DNA of 61,603 nucleotides, filler included, from Basidioascus undulatus (Eukaryota), in NCBI GenBank assembly GCA_000826855.1. It is 6 parts of 6 records of this genome, joined end to end, with 100 filler letters (N's around TTAATTAATTAA, not from the genome) between each part and the next. Parts side by side here need not be neighbours in the genome. Positions count along the whole stretch, not along the records: positions 30,888 to 41,046 come from JTLS01001168.1; positions 41,147 to 51,325 come from JTLS01001169.1; 4 more parts are not named here. One strand, 5' to 3'. Both the position numbers and the translations under genes were made by a program. Shown piece after piece: positions 37,243-48,558 of the stretch. Within the stretch, counting starts at the first letter, position 1. Every line of letters starts with the position of its first letter. A model generated the notes under the pieces. It saw only the letters and a program-made list of their open reading frames with translations. It made no database searches and was not told the DNA's origin.

Positions 37243-38635
37243 ATGTCTTCCCCCAAGAGCCAGCGATCCCGAACATGTACCTCGATCACGGCCACAACTT
37301 CCTCGTGAGTTTCAGAGCTTGCCGGAGGCGCAAGCCGAAATAGCGCTTTGTTGATCTTTGAGGGCGAGCAGGTGGAGAACGTGCTCTTGCATGTCCCCAT
37401 CCTCCGCCTGGTTGAGCATTCGGGGCCTTCAAAGACCTCTACCGCGGGAGGCTCGGCACCGGAGAGGGCCTCTCCGACAAGCGCCCGGTCAAGTTTGCGG
37501 ACCCTATCATCAGGCGAGCGCCTTTGAGGAGCTTTTGACAGTGATTTACGGGGAGTAAGTGGATTCTGCTAGTGTCTGGAATTGGAGGAGCTACTTCGGC
37601 TAACAGGACACAGTGGCTGTTACAAGATGTCCCGTCTCAGTACGCAGTGCGGACTATACATGTAAACCCTAGCCAGCGAAGCTATTAAAAGGTGTCCCGT
37701 CTAGAAGAAGAGAAGGAGTACAGTAAGCGGGGTGCGGGAATGCAAAGGTGTGAAGGGTGCCCCTTACCTCAGTACGCAGCGTGCGGATGGATGAAAGGGG
37801 CAAGTAGAAGCGAAGAGAGAAAAGCTAAGCGATGTGTGAAACAAATTCCCGTGCTCCCCTTATCGAGGCTTCATCGGTAAGGTCCGCCAGCCCCCACTTG
37901 CCCTCGAGCGCATCTCCACCTCCAATAGTGGCCTCCTGCAACTTTTTACAGACAGCCAGCCTCACCTGCTCTCAGGTCTTCAACGTCATCCGCCTCGCAA
38001 CCAAGTTCCGCCTGCGGGCGCTATGCAAGCACACCATCGCATGCATTCAGGAGTACCTAAGTGCAGCGCTCGAGGAGGCTCCTACATCCGTGGTCGTGAT
38101 TGCTCGCGAGCAGGCCGTCCCAGGCTGGATCGAGCGTGCGTATGCATCTATCCTTGCGAAGGGTGTCAACGCCATCGGCAGAACCGACCTCTCCCCTGCA
38201 GATACCGAGCCCCTAGCGGACGCGCCGTCCTCTACCTCGTCGCCATTGAGGCGAACAAGCAGCTTTCGCACCAATTGGAAGTCCTCCTGCCCGCCAAGCT
38301 GACCCATACCCCTTTTGTAAACAATTGCCAGATTGGGTACCAGGTCTTCTGGAGTAACCTCCTTCGCCATCACGGAGACAGATACGAGAACCTCTGCAAG
38401 TTCACAAGAGGCGCTTGTCCGCTGCCGCGGTGGCAGCGACTTTGACACCGCCCGCACCGGACTTCCGCAAGGTGATCCTCAACACTGTCGCCTGACTTCA
38501 ACAGGAAAAGGCAATGTCGCATTTCAGGCCCACTGCAAATCTTCCGGCTGCCGCTTTCAAGTCAACGGTCAGGAGCGCATTTGCTCAGGAGCTGGAGGAC
38601 ATCCAGAAGCGGTCCAGACGCTTCAGCTTGCATGA
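37243..38635 (+). pseudogene. BTB/POZ-domain protein disrupted by an LTR insertion and frameshifts
   Basis: QVENVLLHVPILRLVEHS, AFEELLTVIYG, VIRLATKFRL, VVIAREQAVPGWIERAYASI match the basidiomycete BTB pattern. Confidence 0.65.
37618..37927 (-). mobile_element. Solo LTR (310 bp, probably Ty1/copia-like) with 5-bp TSD
   Basis: GTGGC direct repeat at 37613-37617 and 37928-37932. Ends are TGTT...AATA, one substitution away from TGTT...AACA. The strand call is inferred. Confidence 0.75.
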
Positions 38636-41146
38636 GTGATGACCCAGTTTCCACCTTAAAAAGGTTCATGCGCTTTGGGTCATTTGTTCTCTTCTGGCTT
38701 GATATAATTTGATGTTACATTCCGATCACCTCTTCGCTTTTTCCCTCTATCGCTGTCATGTGCTGTGACGGCAAAGGCAGCCTTGTTCAACCTGCCAACT
38801 TCATTGGCTGCTTTTCTGATACACCTCCGTCGTCACTCCCAGGGTGAATGAAACATCCCCTCTTCAAGTCACTACAGTTGACCTGTGATTCAACAAGACA
38901 GGCTCAAGCAGCACTGCAGCTCCCTTCAAGACATGCATCGTGGGCATGGCAGTGAAACTTCCAGTGCAACGATGCCCTTGATTCTTTACCCTCCATGGCA
39001 TCATGCTCCCCTTCAGCAGGCTTATAGTGCAAGACACCACTTCCTCGCATGTTGCCTACAGCTTCAACAACTTGTTGCTTCGCCGCCAGATTAAAATTTC
39101 ATAGGAAAAGTGAATTTAAAAATTAAGAATATACAGTTTTCTCGACTTAGGTTAGGTAAAAAAATAGGCGGCAATACCCCCTAAAAATGCCCTGACCAGA
39201 CTCCTTTGGCTGGCCAGGGGGCGCCGGCGACCCATCCAACCTGCTGCACACTCTGGAAGGTGCCTGGGGCACAAGTAGCCTGATCAGGCAGGTCCAGTAA
39301 AGGGCGGAAACTAAGTTGTTTGCCAACCTGCAAAAGGAGGGCATGACCTTATCGCCACTCCGGTTTAGGGCCGGCAGGTGCTTTTTTACCCCGCAACGCC
39401 AAACTACGACTGCCGGAATAGCACCGTTTCATTCAAACAAATCACTGCATATCCTATGTCGAGCGCTGTATTGTCTGAGCCAATGTTGTTCCATTCAGAT
39501 TTATCTATAATGAGGAAATCAATGGTCTTAAGTAGGGCTTGCCACACCGGCGTCCTGAACAACGACAGTAAAGTGGAAAAGCTAGAGCTTTCTCTTGCTA
39601 TCGATGCCTCCAGTATCGCCTGCGCAGATGCAGCAAACAACATCCCCATTTTATTTGGTATCAGCTGGAAAGACTAAGCATGAGCTGTTTGAGCTGCTAG
39701 CCATGCCATGCGTTGACAGCTGCTGCCTTCCGATGCCAACGGTCCACGCCCTCTGCTGCCAAATTCTCTTGCATAGGATCCCTCAAACACCGACAGCCTC
39801 ATCAGAGCGCTTGGTCATTAAACATATAGACACATTATGACAGGGGAAGTAGATGCACCAACACTGGCTCCTCCTCTTCATACACAGAAGCCCCATCATC
39901 CCCTTCATCACATCACATCCCTCTGCCAACCGCTCTTGAATTTCGATCCACCACCAACCGACATCGGGGTCTCCTACCTCCATGTCATAGCGCCACACAT
40001 CCCGAACTCCCCACTGAAGCACCTCTACATTGCCGTGTATGATTCTGACGCAGTACTGCGTCTACCCCTCACAGCACAGCGAGCACACCAAAGTCAGAGT
40101 TGCATGGAGCACCCAGTGCTGATGGCGCTGTAGGCTTGTGGTACACAGGCGTCAGGTGTGAATGAGGAGATTGAGACAGATGGACCAGCTGCGCTTAAGC
40201 TCTCGAAGCCCAGGGTGGCTCCCGTCCCTCTTCTTGCCAGGAAACAGTTCGAGTCTGAACCGCACTCACAGTCCAGTGTGGAGCATACAAAACACATGAA
40301 AAGCACCTGCAATACAATGACGAGAGGGGTGAGATGGAAAGTTGGCAGTCATTCGTGTAGATGGCGAAGCGATGTATGGGTGTCTATCAATACATCCAAC
40401 TCTTCTCTCCCCCGCCTCACACGCTCCTTGATCTCCGCTTTCCCATCTCGAAGTTGTCCCGTACAAATGTGGTGGGGGGAAAGGATGTTTCTCGGGTAGA
40501 CTCTGGTTTTGGGGCGGGCTGCTAGGCAGGATGAGGTGCAGTCTGTTGAGGCCTGCTGCCAGGGGTGAGGGTCTGCCCCGCCGGCGTTTACTGCCGTGCT
40601 TTGCTAACACGGTACGAGTGTCCGCTAGCCTGCGAGTTACAGATATCGCGCAGTTCCCACGAGAGTTTGCCGGCCCTCGACCCCCCCCTGGGGCACTCCT
40701 TTTGCACAATGTGCCATAGAGTCCAAAAACGATAATTTGAGAGGCAGCAACATCTCCCAGGACCGATGAGAGGGCGCGGCACATAACTTGGAACTGCACC
40801 GGCAGTGCGGCGATCCGATGCAACGCCGACCCAGCGCGCACCCGCTTGGGCGTCGTCAGCGTGTCAGCGACGATGCGTAAGGTCTACTTGCCTCAGAAAA
40901 TGCACAGAGGCATGTCAGGGTTAGACTCAATCGCTCAGCCTTCGCCCATCGCAAGCGGGCACGTCTCATCCCATCCCCATCTTCATCTTCATCACGCAAA
41001 CCCCTCCCCTCCTCAAACCTCCTCCCTCCCCTCCTAATCCGCCAAGNNNNNNNNNNNNNNNNNNNNNNNNNNNNNNNNNNNNNNNNNNNNTTAATTAATT
41101 AANNNNNNNNNNNNNNNNNNNNNNNNNNNNNNNNNNNNNNNNNNNN

Positions 41147-42259
41147 GCGCCGGGTCTTCCTCGAGGAGCTCGCCGCGCACGAGGTCTTTGGCTGCCTCGG
41201 CACGGGCGACGCGCCCCGCCTCCTCGGCGCGTGGCAGCCGTGGTGGTACGACGCGGCGGACGCCAGCCGCGAGGAGTGGGAGTACGAGAGCTTCGAGAGG
41301 GTGTTTGGGATGTCGAGGCCTATGTGCGTGCTATCTCGCTAGTGCTCATCTCGACGTCTCGCTCACGGTCGTTATTCTTCGAATAGGCTGGACGTGATCG
41401 CACGGGTGCGCCCTGCCTTCCAACGACCTATATGCGGATATTTGCTGACAGAACTGTCGTGTGCTCGCAGGCCTGCCATCTCTACGCGCGCAAGGCAAAG
41501 CTCGGCCAGGCCATCCCGCTCGCGGATGACGACGCCGAGCTCGTCCTGCGCTCGCTTCCATCCTCGTCAAGCCGCGACGCCTTCCGACAACTCCGTCAAG
41601 ACGCCTTGGCGATGATCACCGAGCTGCGCGTGCTGCAAAGCAGCATCTCCTCCACCCCGCGGCACGAGCGTGTGCAGGTGCGCCCCTCTCCTTCCTCTTC
41701 CTCCTCTGGATCCATCAGTGCTAGCCCCTTGTTCCTTGACAGTGCGGAGACTACATCTACCGCCGCACAATGCTCGTGTTCATGTACCGCGATGTGTTCG
41801 ACATCCCGCGCGACAGCGAGGACGTGCAGCGCGGGTGCCGCGCAATCCTCGAGCTCTGCGCCGAGGCGAGCACATCCATGCAGATGGGCATCATGCTCCT
41901 GCAGCCGTTCATCATCGCCGGTGTCAACATCCAGGGCGCCGAGGACCGCCGCTGGCTGCTGAGCCTGTTCGCGTCGATTCGGTGCGTGCTTTCCCTCCGC
42001 TCAGACACTCTCACCGAAGCTGACGGAGCGCGATGATGGGCGGTTATCAGTGACTCGTATTGCTCGGACCTGATCTCAACCGTAAGTTCCCGCCCTGCCC
42101 CCATCGCTCATTCCCTTGCCCGAAGTTCACACTCGTCCCGTCCCGCCTGCACAGGAGCGGATCGTGCGCGAGGTGTGGCGCAGGCAGGACGGCAATCTGG
42201 CCGGGCAGGACTTTAGGGTCGTCTCGCGCGATCTCGGACTGGACCTTCTGATCGTTTAG
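41147..42259 (+). CDS. Fungal-specific transcription factor domain (Fungal_trans_2-like), 5' end cut by contig start
   Basis: HEVFGCL, SFERVFGMSRPM, IYRRTMLVFMYRDVF, MLLQPFIIAG, IVREVWRRQD, ending DLGLDLLIV*. Confidence 0.8.
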
Positions 42260-42465
42260 CTATGCTGTGGTGTTTCCGAGGACTCACGACTCATGTTGTA
42301 CCGATTGTTTAGCGTTAGTGTTGGGATGATACCGAAGGAAAAGAGTGTTTGTTGTACCGATACACGATAGTTTCGTGACGGAGTGTTCACGGTTGGATCG
42401 GCGCCGGGCTGGACTGCGTGCTCTGCGACGGTTTTCTCCGAGCCGTTCGACGGCGGGACGACTGT

Positions 42466-43400
42466 TCACTCCGAACCGAGGTTGTTGACCACGTGGTTAA
42501 GAACCCAGACCTGTGCGCGGCTATATGGGCTGCTGTACGCTGGAAACTCCACGTGCAGCTTTATCTGTCCTTCCCCAACGAGGACAAAAGATCTTCTTTG
42601 CTGGGGCTCCGATGCTCTCGTAAATATTGTCCGCGAGCCTGACCCGCGCAGGCGTGACTTACAGCGAAGACCGTGAGATCGTGCCCATCGTCAATAGCTA
42701 CAATGCGCGAGACCTGCCCAAGAGCTTCCTCGGCATCATTGGCGTACTGCATGAGAGGATGGGTATTTTAACCCGCGGAACGCTCAGAGCAAGTAGAAGG
42801 GCTCGAGGTAAAAATTTAGCAACTTACTCGGATCCAGGAAGCATCCCGCGATGGGCTCACGCCTGTCTCGCGCCGGGGAGACCTGACCGCAATGCGGTCG
42901 CCCACCTGATCCTCTTCCTCGACAAAGAGCTGGAACGCCTTGATCTGAGCGCAGCGGCAGGACGACTGGAGGTATGCGCGCGCGCGGAGTTCGTCGCGGC
43001 CTGGTCGGAGGAAGAACGGCACCAGCTACACGGCGAGAGCGGCAGGTGTCGCGAGGTTGACGTGGGATGCTGCGAGAGGACGAGAAGTGCTCGCGATGGG
43101 TACGCTCGACCTCGTGCAAGCGCTTGAGGGTAAGTGCTGAGTTCTGGATCTTGGTGTAGGGCTCGCTATGAGACTTGCACATGCGCTACCTTGCCGCACC
43201 AGCGCTCGACAACAAAAGACCACAGTGCCCAGACTCCGTTGGACGGCGGGCGCGACTTGGAGGAGGTGAATGACGAGGGTAACCGAGAGACAGTCGAGTT
43301 TGGAGTGGTAGTAGAGCCTAATGGAACAGCCTGAGTGGTGAGCATCGGTTTTGGGGGCTTTCAGTACATGAAAGGGCAACGCACGTCTCGTACTCGACAA
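42466..43400 (-). CDS. Hypothetical multi-exon protein, possibly degraded
   Basis: Exon-like blocks bounded by GTAAGT...AG, e.g. QYANDAEEALGQVSRIVAIDDGHDLTVFA and a terminal block IKLHVEFPAYSSPYSRAQVWVLNHVVNNLGSE*. Confidence 0.35.
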
Positions 43401-43439
43401 CAAACTGGCCTAGCCTGGCGTGTAGAAGGTTCAGCTCCG

Positions 43440-44740
43440 CCCGCTGATGCCGAACTGGAGGAGGAGCGCTAGGTGTTAGAAAGAAGCATGAAGTGGTCGT
43501 AGTAGGCGGGGTCGGGGACCCCTGAGGACTACAGGCGCGATGTGCAGCAACCAGATGCTCCAGTCCTACGGAGTGCTCTGTCCCATTGCATTGCCACTAC
43601 GACGAAACAGAAATGACCTTGGACCCCAGAGACTGCTTGACACGCTCGTACCAAACCTCAAAGCTGCTCGTCATGCTATCCAAACTGTCTACCACGTCCA
43701 GCTTAATCATTGACAGCTGTAGCAGTTGGTCGCGAGCAATATTTCCGAAGAATTCCTCGAGATGCTCAAAGATGCACACTTGCAACCGGAGATAAATGCG
43801 GAGCTCGGCAAGCAGAGGATGCCGACAAGTTGAACAGCGGACCCCTGCGACATAGGTGCGAGTGGTCAATAGCAAGACTCGATCCTCGGACAGAAAGCCA
43901 ACGCATCGGATGTTAGCACCTCCGCGAACAAAGCAATAATCCCGAGACCCTTGAGGTTGGTTCCGAGCTGTTCGAAGATTCCGCTCGCTACCGAAGTTGG
44001 CTTGGTGGCCACGATGACCAATTCAATTAACGAAGGAAGCGAGGCGCGTGGCGCAGCACCTCGCTCGAAGTGCGCTACGCCTCAGTATTCAAGGTACGCA
44101 AGTAGTTGTAGATGTGGCAAGGAAAGCTTGACGAGAGACGGTGGGCGGGACTGCTTCAAGCGTGAAAGCCACATCGAGCGTGGCCAAGTGCTTGAAAGCA
44201 TTCAAAAACGGCAGGACGTCGGACAGAGGCTCTGTCAAGCTGATTCCGGACAGGGAGGTGAGGTGTCCTGGAACGGGAAAAGTGCGTGCTTGAGGGTGCC
44301 ATCGAACGCAATAGACTGACGAAACGACGTGGAAAGGGCGATACGCTCCAGCATGGGCATTCAGGCGAGTGCCTCGAAAAGCGCTTCAGAAAAGCCTGCA
44401 GCGTCTTCGATAGATGTTTCGATCGAACATATACTCGAAGAGAGTAAATGCCCTTGCTCTTCTCGAGTTGCAGAGACTCGATCAGCTTAGAGCAGGTGGC
44501 TGTCGAGTGCAAGCCGATGGAGTGGCAGAGCAGCGGGAGGGCGATAGGCTGGAGATAAGCATCGTCAGCCTCGCGAGTTCCTTGAAAACGTCACGGAATT
44601 GAGTAACTCACGGTCCATTCCTTGCAGACCAGCAGGTACTGGAGCTTGTCCGCAGCCAAGGCGCCGGCGATGGCGAACTCGAGGATGCAGGTGAGCAGCT
44701 CGACCGGGATAGTGCTGATAGGGCAAGACATCGTGGACAT
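43440..44740 (-). pseudogene. F-box/LRR-like protein, degraded
   Basis: MSTMSCPISTIPVELLTCILEF...LQYLLVCKEW is an F-box motif, followed by fragmented Leu-rich segments. Confidence 0.65.
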
Positions 44741-45343
44741 CGCAGAGCCTTTTAGTATGGGGCTGAGATGGAGAGCTCGCGATGCGGACGTGGGGGCGAA
44801 AGAGCGCGGGCGTTGTTAGCTGCCGTGGATGATGACAGTTGAAGGGCAAGGGCGGCGCGCGCACGGCCGGCCTTGAATACCGCGTGCCCGTGCAGCAAGT
44901 TGTCGCTACGCTGGTGAGCACTGGTTGTCTTTGAGGATCACATAGAGTTTTATGCACTAAATGGTATAGCTCACCTGACCGTCGAGCAATCCCTCCTTGA
45001 GGTCCGGGCGTTCCAGCAGACACCATGCAGAGCAACGACCTCTTTGACCTCAGTTCCCTTGCCCTGTCGGAAAGAGTGGTTGAATCAACGTGTTGTCACC
45101 GCTTGCATATACTTTCGCGGCGATGAAGGATCCGACGGTGGTAGCGCGCCCGCGAAGAAAAACGAAGGGTGGCTGGAAGACGCCTTTGCGGCAACGCAGC
45201 ACAGCGGCTCGGGAGATCAAACGAAAGGTGTATGCGATGATGCGTGCGTGCGGACGTACGAAATGACCCCAAAGCAACCGAAAGATCGACCAGCGAACCA
45301 AGCCAGCGTCCGTCTATCTAAGCCTCCCTCCATCCTCCCTTCG

Positions 45344-46847
45344 TCACCCCACCCTCCTCTCCACCGACGCCGCGACCTCCTCGACCCTCCTCTCCTGTGG
45401 CCCCATAAGGAGCCTCCTGACCCACCCGCCCTTGGCGAACTCCCTTCCATACTGCCCGTGCAGATGGACCGCAAACACCGCGTCCAGCCGGCCGCGAAGC
45501 TCGGCCCACCGGCGCTCGTCGTACGCCGGGTCGCGCACGAATGGGTCCGGCAGGCGGTTGTCGAGCCGACACGAGCGTCCGTCGGTGAAGCAGTAGGGGA
45601 GAATCTTGAACGGCTCGATCGGCGGCGAGGCGGACAGGAGGCGGCGGTAGGTCTTGTGGTACAGGAGCGCACCCCACTCGGTCGTCCCCGCCCGCGGGGG
45701 AGGGGAGGAGAGGATGATGTGCAGCATCTCGCAGATGTACGGCGAGTGTTGCCGGAAGTGCATGAGCGCGCCGTTGAGAGGGGAGTAGGGCTTGTCTGGG
45801 GGAGGGGAAGGGAAGGTTTGAGTCCCGACTGCGATCCGACCGACCCAAGAGGAGGAAAGGAAACGGAGAGGACGCACCGTAGCAGTCCCACTGCGTGACA
45901 AACTCGTGCTCCAGGAGCGGCTGGAGGTCGCGCGTGAGAATGGTGTCCATGTCGACCCACACGCCTCCATACGTCCAAAGCAACAGCAGCCTAACGAGGT
46001 CGCCGTCGACCCACGCGCGGCGGTCGCGCACGCGCCGGAGCGCCGAGCCCTGGAGGGCCGTGCCCTTCGCGAGCTCGTCGATGTCGATCGTGCGCGCGCG
46101 GAAGTTAGCGGGGAACCTCGCGAAAAAGGGTGCGAGGCGTGGGTCGCCGCTCAGGTCGACATCGGACCAGAGGATGAGAGTCGCATGCGCGAGGTCCTGC
46201 GTCGCAAAGAACGAGTTGAGGAGTGCGACCTCGCGCTCTCCGAGCGCGCGCAAGTCCGCGCGCCAGTAGATGTGGAACGTGGTGTCCCGCCGGGGTTCGT
46301 GCGGGAGGGGCTGGATCGTGCCCGCGAGGCCGTAGCAGTCGAAGCCAAACTTGAGCAAAATGCCCGCCTGGACGTCGTGGAACTTTGGCTGGGCGTTGAG
46401 AGAGATGTTGTAGAGCGGGGAGACGCGCGCAGGGCTGAAGCACCCGCCGAGGGGCGCCACGTCTTGGATCTCGGTCTTGATCCACCCACGCCGGTACGCC
46501 GCGAGCTCGACGTGCAGCTCGTAGCGCCAGACGAAGGCCAGCGCCGCGAGGGCGAGGAGGGCCAGCGCGTACTGCACGAGCGGCGGCGGGCGGTAGCGCC
46601 TGAGCGCACGCAAGAGCGTCGTGCGCTGGGAGAAGAGGGAGAAGGCGCGGCGGCTGCGCGGCCGGCCCGAGCGGTAGAGCGGCGAGTCCGGGCTGTGCTC
46701 GCGGTCTGGGGCCGGGGAGAAGAGGACGGCGGTGGATGAGGCGGAGGGGGAGGGCGAGGGCCGGATGAAGGGCAGGCTGGTCGTGTAGAGGGGGAGGCGC
46801 GGGCGGTGCACATCTTGGTGGTCGTGCGGATGGGGGTTGAAGGACAT
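45344..46847 (-). CDS. Glycosyltransferase family 32 (DXD, OCH1-like superfamily), type II membrane protein
   Basis: N-terminal TM segment, FHIYW, DLVRLLLLWTYGGVWVDMD, LNGALM; one intron near 45815-45877. Confidence 0.92.
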
Positions 46848-47531
46848 CGAGCGGGCAGCCACCACTGGGTCTCAGAGCGGCGGCGAGGGGAGACTGGGGG
46901 AGCTGGAGGAGGGGGGCGAGGAAAAGTGTAGACTGCGACTCGGATTCGGCGGCGGGCAGGATGGGGCTCGTGAATGGTCGTACGACGCGATCATAAGATA
47001 ACGGAGCAAACAGCAGAATAGCGGGTATGGGCCTGAAAATCAGCGCCGGGGAGGAGGAGGAGGAGGAGGAGAAGCAGGCGAGGGGGGCCAGCGAGCAGCC
47101 AGCCGGAAAGAGAAGGCAGCGAGAGTGACGAGAGAAGCGAACCGTCACGACGCAGGTGGCTCGCCGACAGCAGGACCCACCCCCAGGGTGCTCGACGCAC
47201 TGACCGCAGTCACTGCGCTGTCCCCCATCTGCAGCGGATTTTCGCAGACTGAAAACACCGACATTTAACAATGGTGTGTAGATTCGATCGGGGGCACACA
47301 AGACTGTGCCACGGCCTCAGAGCACGCGAGTCGGGAACAGCCGCGGCAACTTGCCTTCAAAGCCTTCTCTTTCTGCCAAAGCACCATACCGACATCTCAA
47401 GCACACGAGCAACGAAACAAGCAGCAATCGCAGAGGATGACCATAGAAGCACATGAACGCGGCAAGCCTCAACATAGAACCTCCATCGTACAGCCCGGAC
47501 CGTCGAACGGTCCCACAAGCGCAAGGCACGC

Positions 47532-48558
47532 TTAAGCGACGAGGGCTGCAGGAGGACGTGACGATAAGTAAGGTATCGACAGGGGACAATTTTAAAGGAA
47601 AAAAACGCCCTGGATGCCGTTGCGCTCTCGTACTTGAAAGTAGGAGGGAGCTGCTGCTTGGTCTTGTAGTAGCGGACGAGGCTGCGAAGGAGGCAAGCGC
47701 AGGGTGAGCTAGGAGGTAGGGGAGACGAGGGCGAGGGGTGAAACGGACGCACCGGTGGATACGCGACTCGATGAGAATGAGGCGGAACTTGCCATCCTTG
47801 TCCTTGCGGTTGCGCTCGAGGTGCTTGCGAACCGAGACAGCCTTCTTGATCAGGCTGTAGACGTCCTCGGGGATCTCCGGGGCAAGACCTGGTTGTCCGA
47901 CGGTCCAATGACCCGAACCCGTTCAGAATACCGTCCTAATTGTCCCACACTCCAATGCCGAACACGAGGAAGGGCGGAAAGGTAAGGCAAAAGGAAAGGG
48001 GGGAAAGGAGGGGACCCACCGTTGGTCTTGAGGATACGGAGGATCTTGTTACCGGTGACGAAGCGGGTCTGGGCGACGCCGTGCTGGTCGCGGAGGATGA
48101 CACCGATCTGGGAGGGCGCGAGACCCTTGCGGGCGAGCTTGCAGATGAGCTCCTTGACATCCTCGGGCGTCGCCTTGAGCCAGCTCGGGGGGGTGCGGCG
48201 GTAGGGGAGCGCCGAGGAGGCTGGACGGCGCGAAGTGATCGAAGTGCGAGTGTAAGTAATTTGGTGAGTGGGAAGAGGAGGAGCACGGAAAAGAGAAGGG
48301 AGAAGGAGAGGCGGGACTCGTCAGCTTCTCTGAGTGCGGGAGGAGGGAGAAGAGCAGACAAGACGCACCGATGCCCTTGTGGGGGTTGTGCATGCGACTG
48401 CACCGAAGGACTTGGGATCAGCAGAGTCCCCAGCGAACAGTCTGTTGCCCGTCCAGGCCATCCGCCAGCCGGCATCTCTCAAAACCCAAAGGTCCCTCAG
48501 GATGCTCGACTGGCGGGTCGCGGAATCTACGGAGAGTGGAAAGAAGGATTTACCCCAT
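47532..48558 (-). CDS. RPS13: 40S ribosomal protein S13 (uS15)
   Basis: [25 protein letters not shown]...[18 protein letters not shown]...[22 protein letters not shown]...YESATASALVA*. First exon is ATG GG. Confidence 0.97.

Noticed and set aside
37618..37927. Intron-containing snRNA gene (mRNA-type introns are known in some red-yeast snRNAs)
   Set aside because: The spliced sequence does not resemble U1, U2, U4, U5 or U6, and the TSD with TG...(C/T)A ends fits an LTR better.
39783..40022. Segment VGDPDVGWWWIEIQERLAEG resembling a Plavaka transposase motif
   Set aside because: It is a short isolated resemblance and the expected neighbouring motifs are not visible.
45044..47301. Long overlapping ORFs (284, 277 and 398 aa) around the GT32 gene
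   Set aside because: They are antisense or alternate-frame shadows of GC-rich coding sequence with no motifs.
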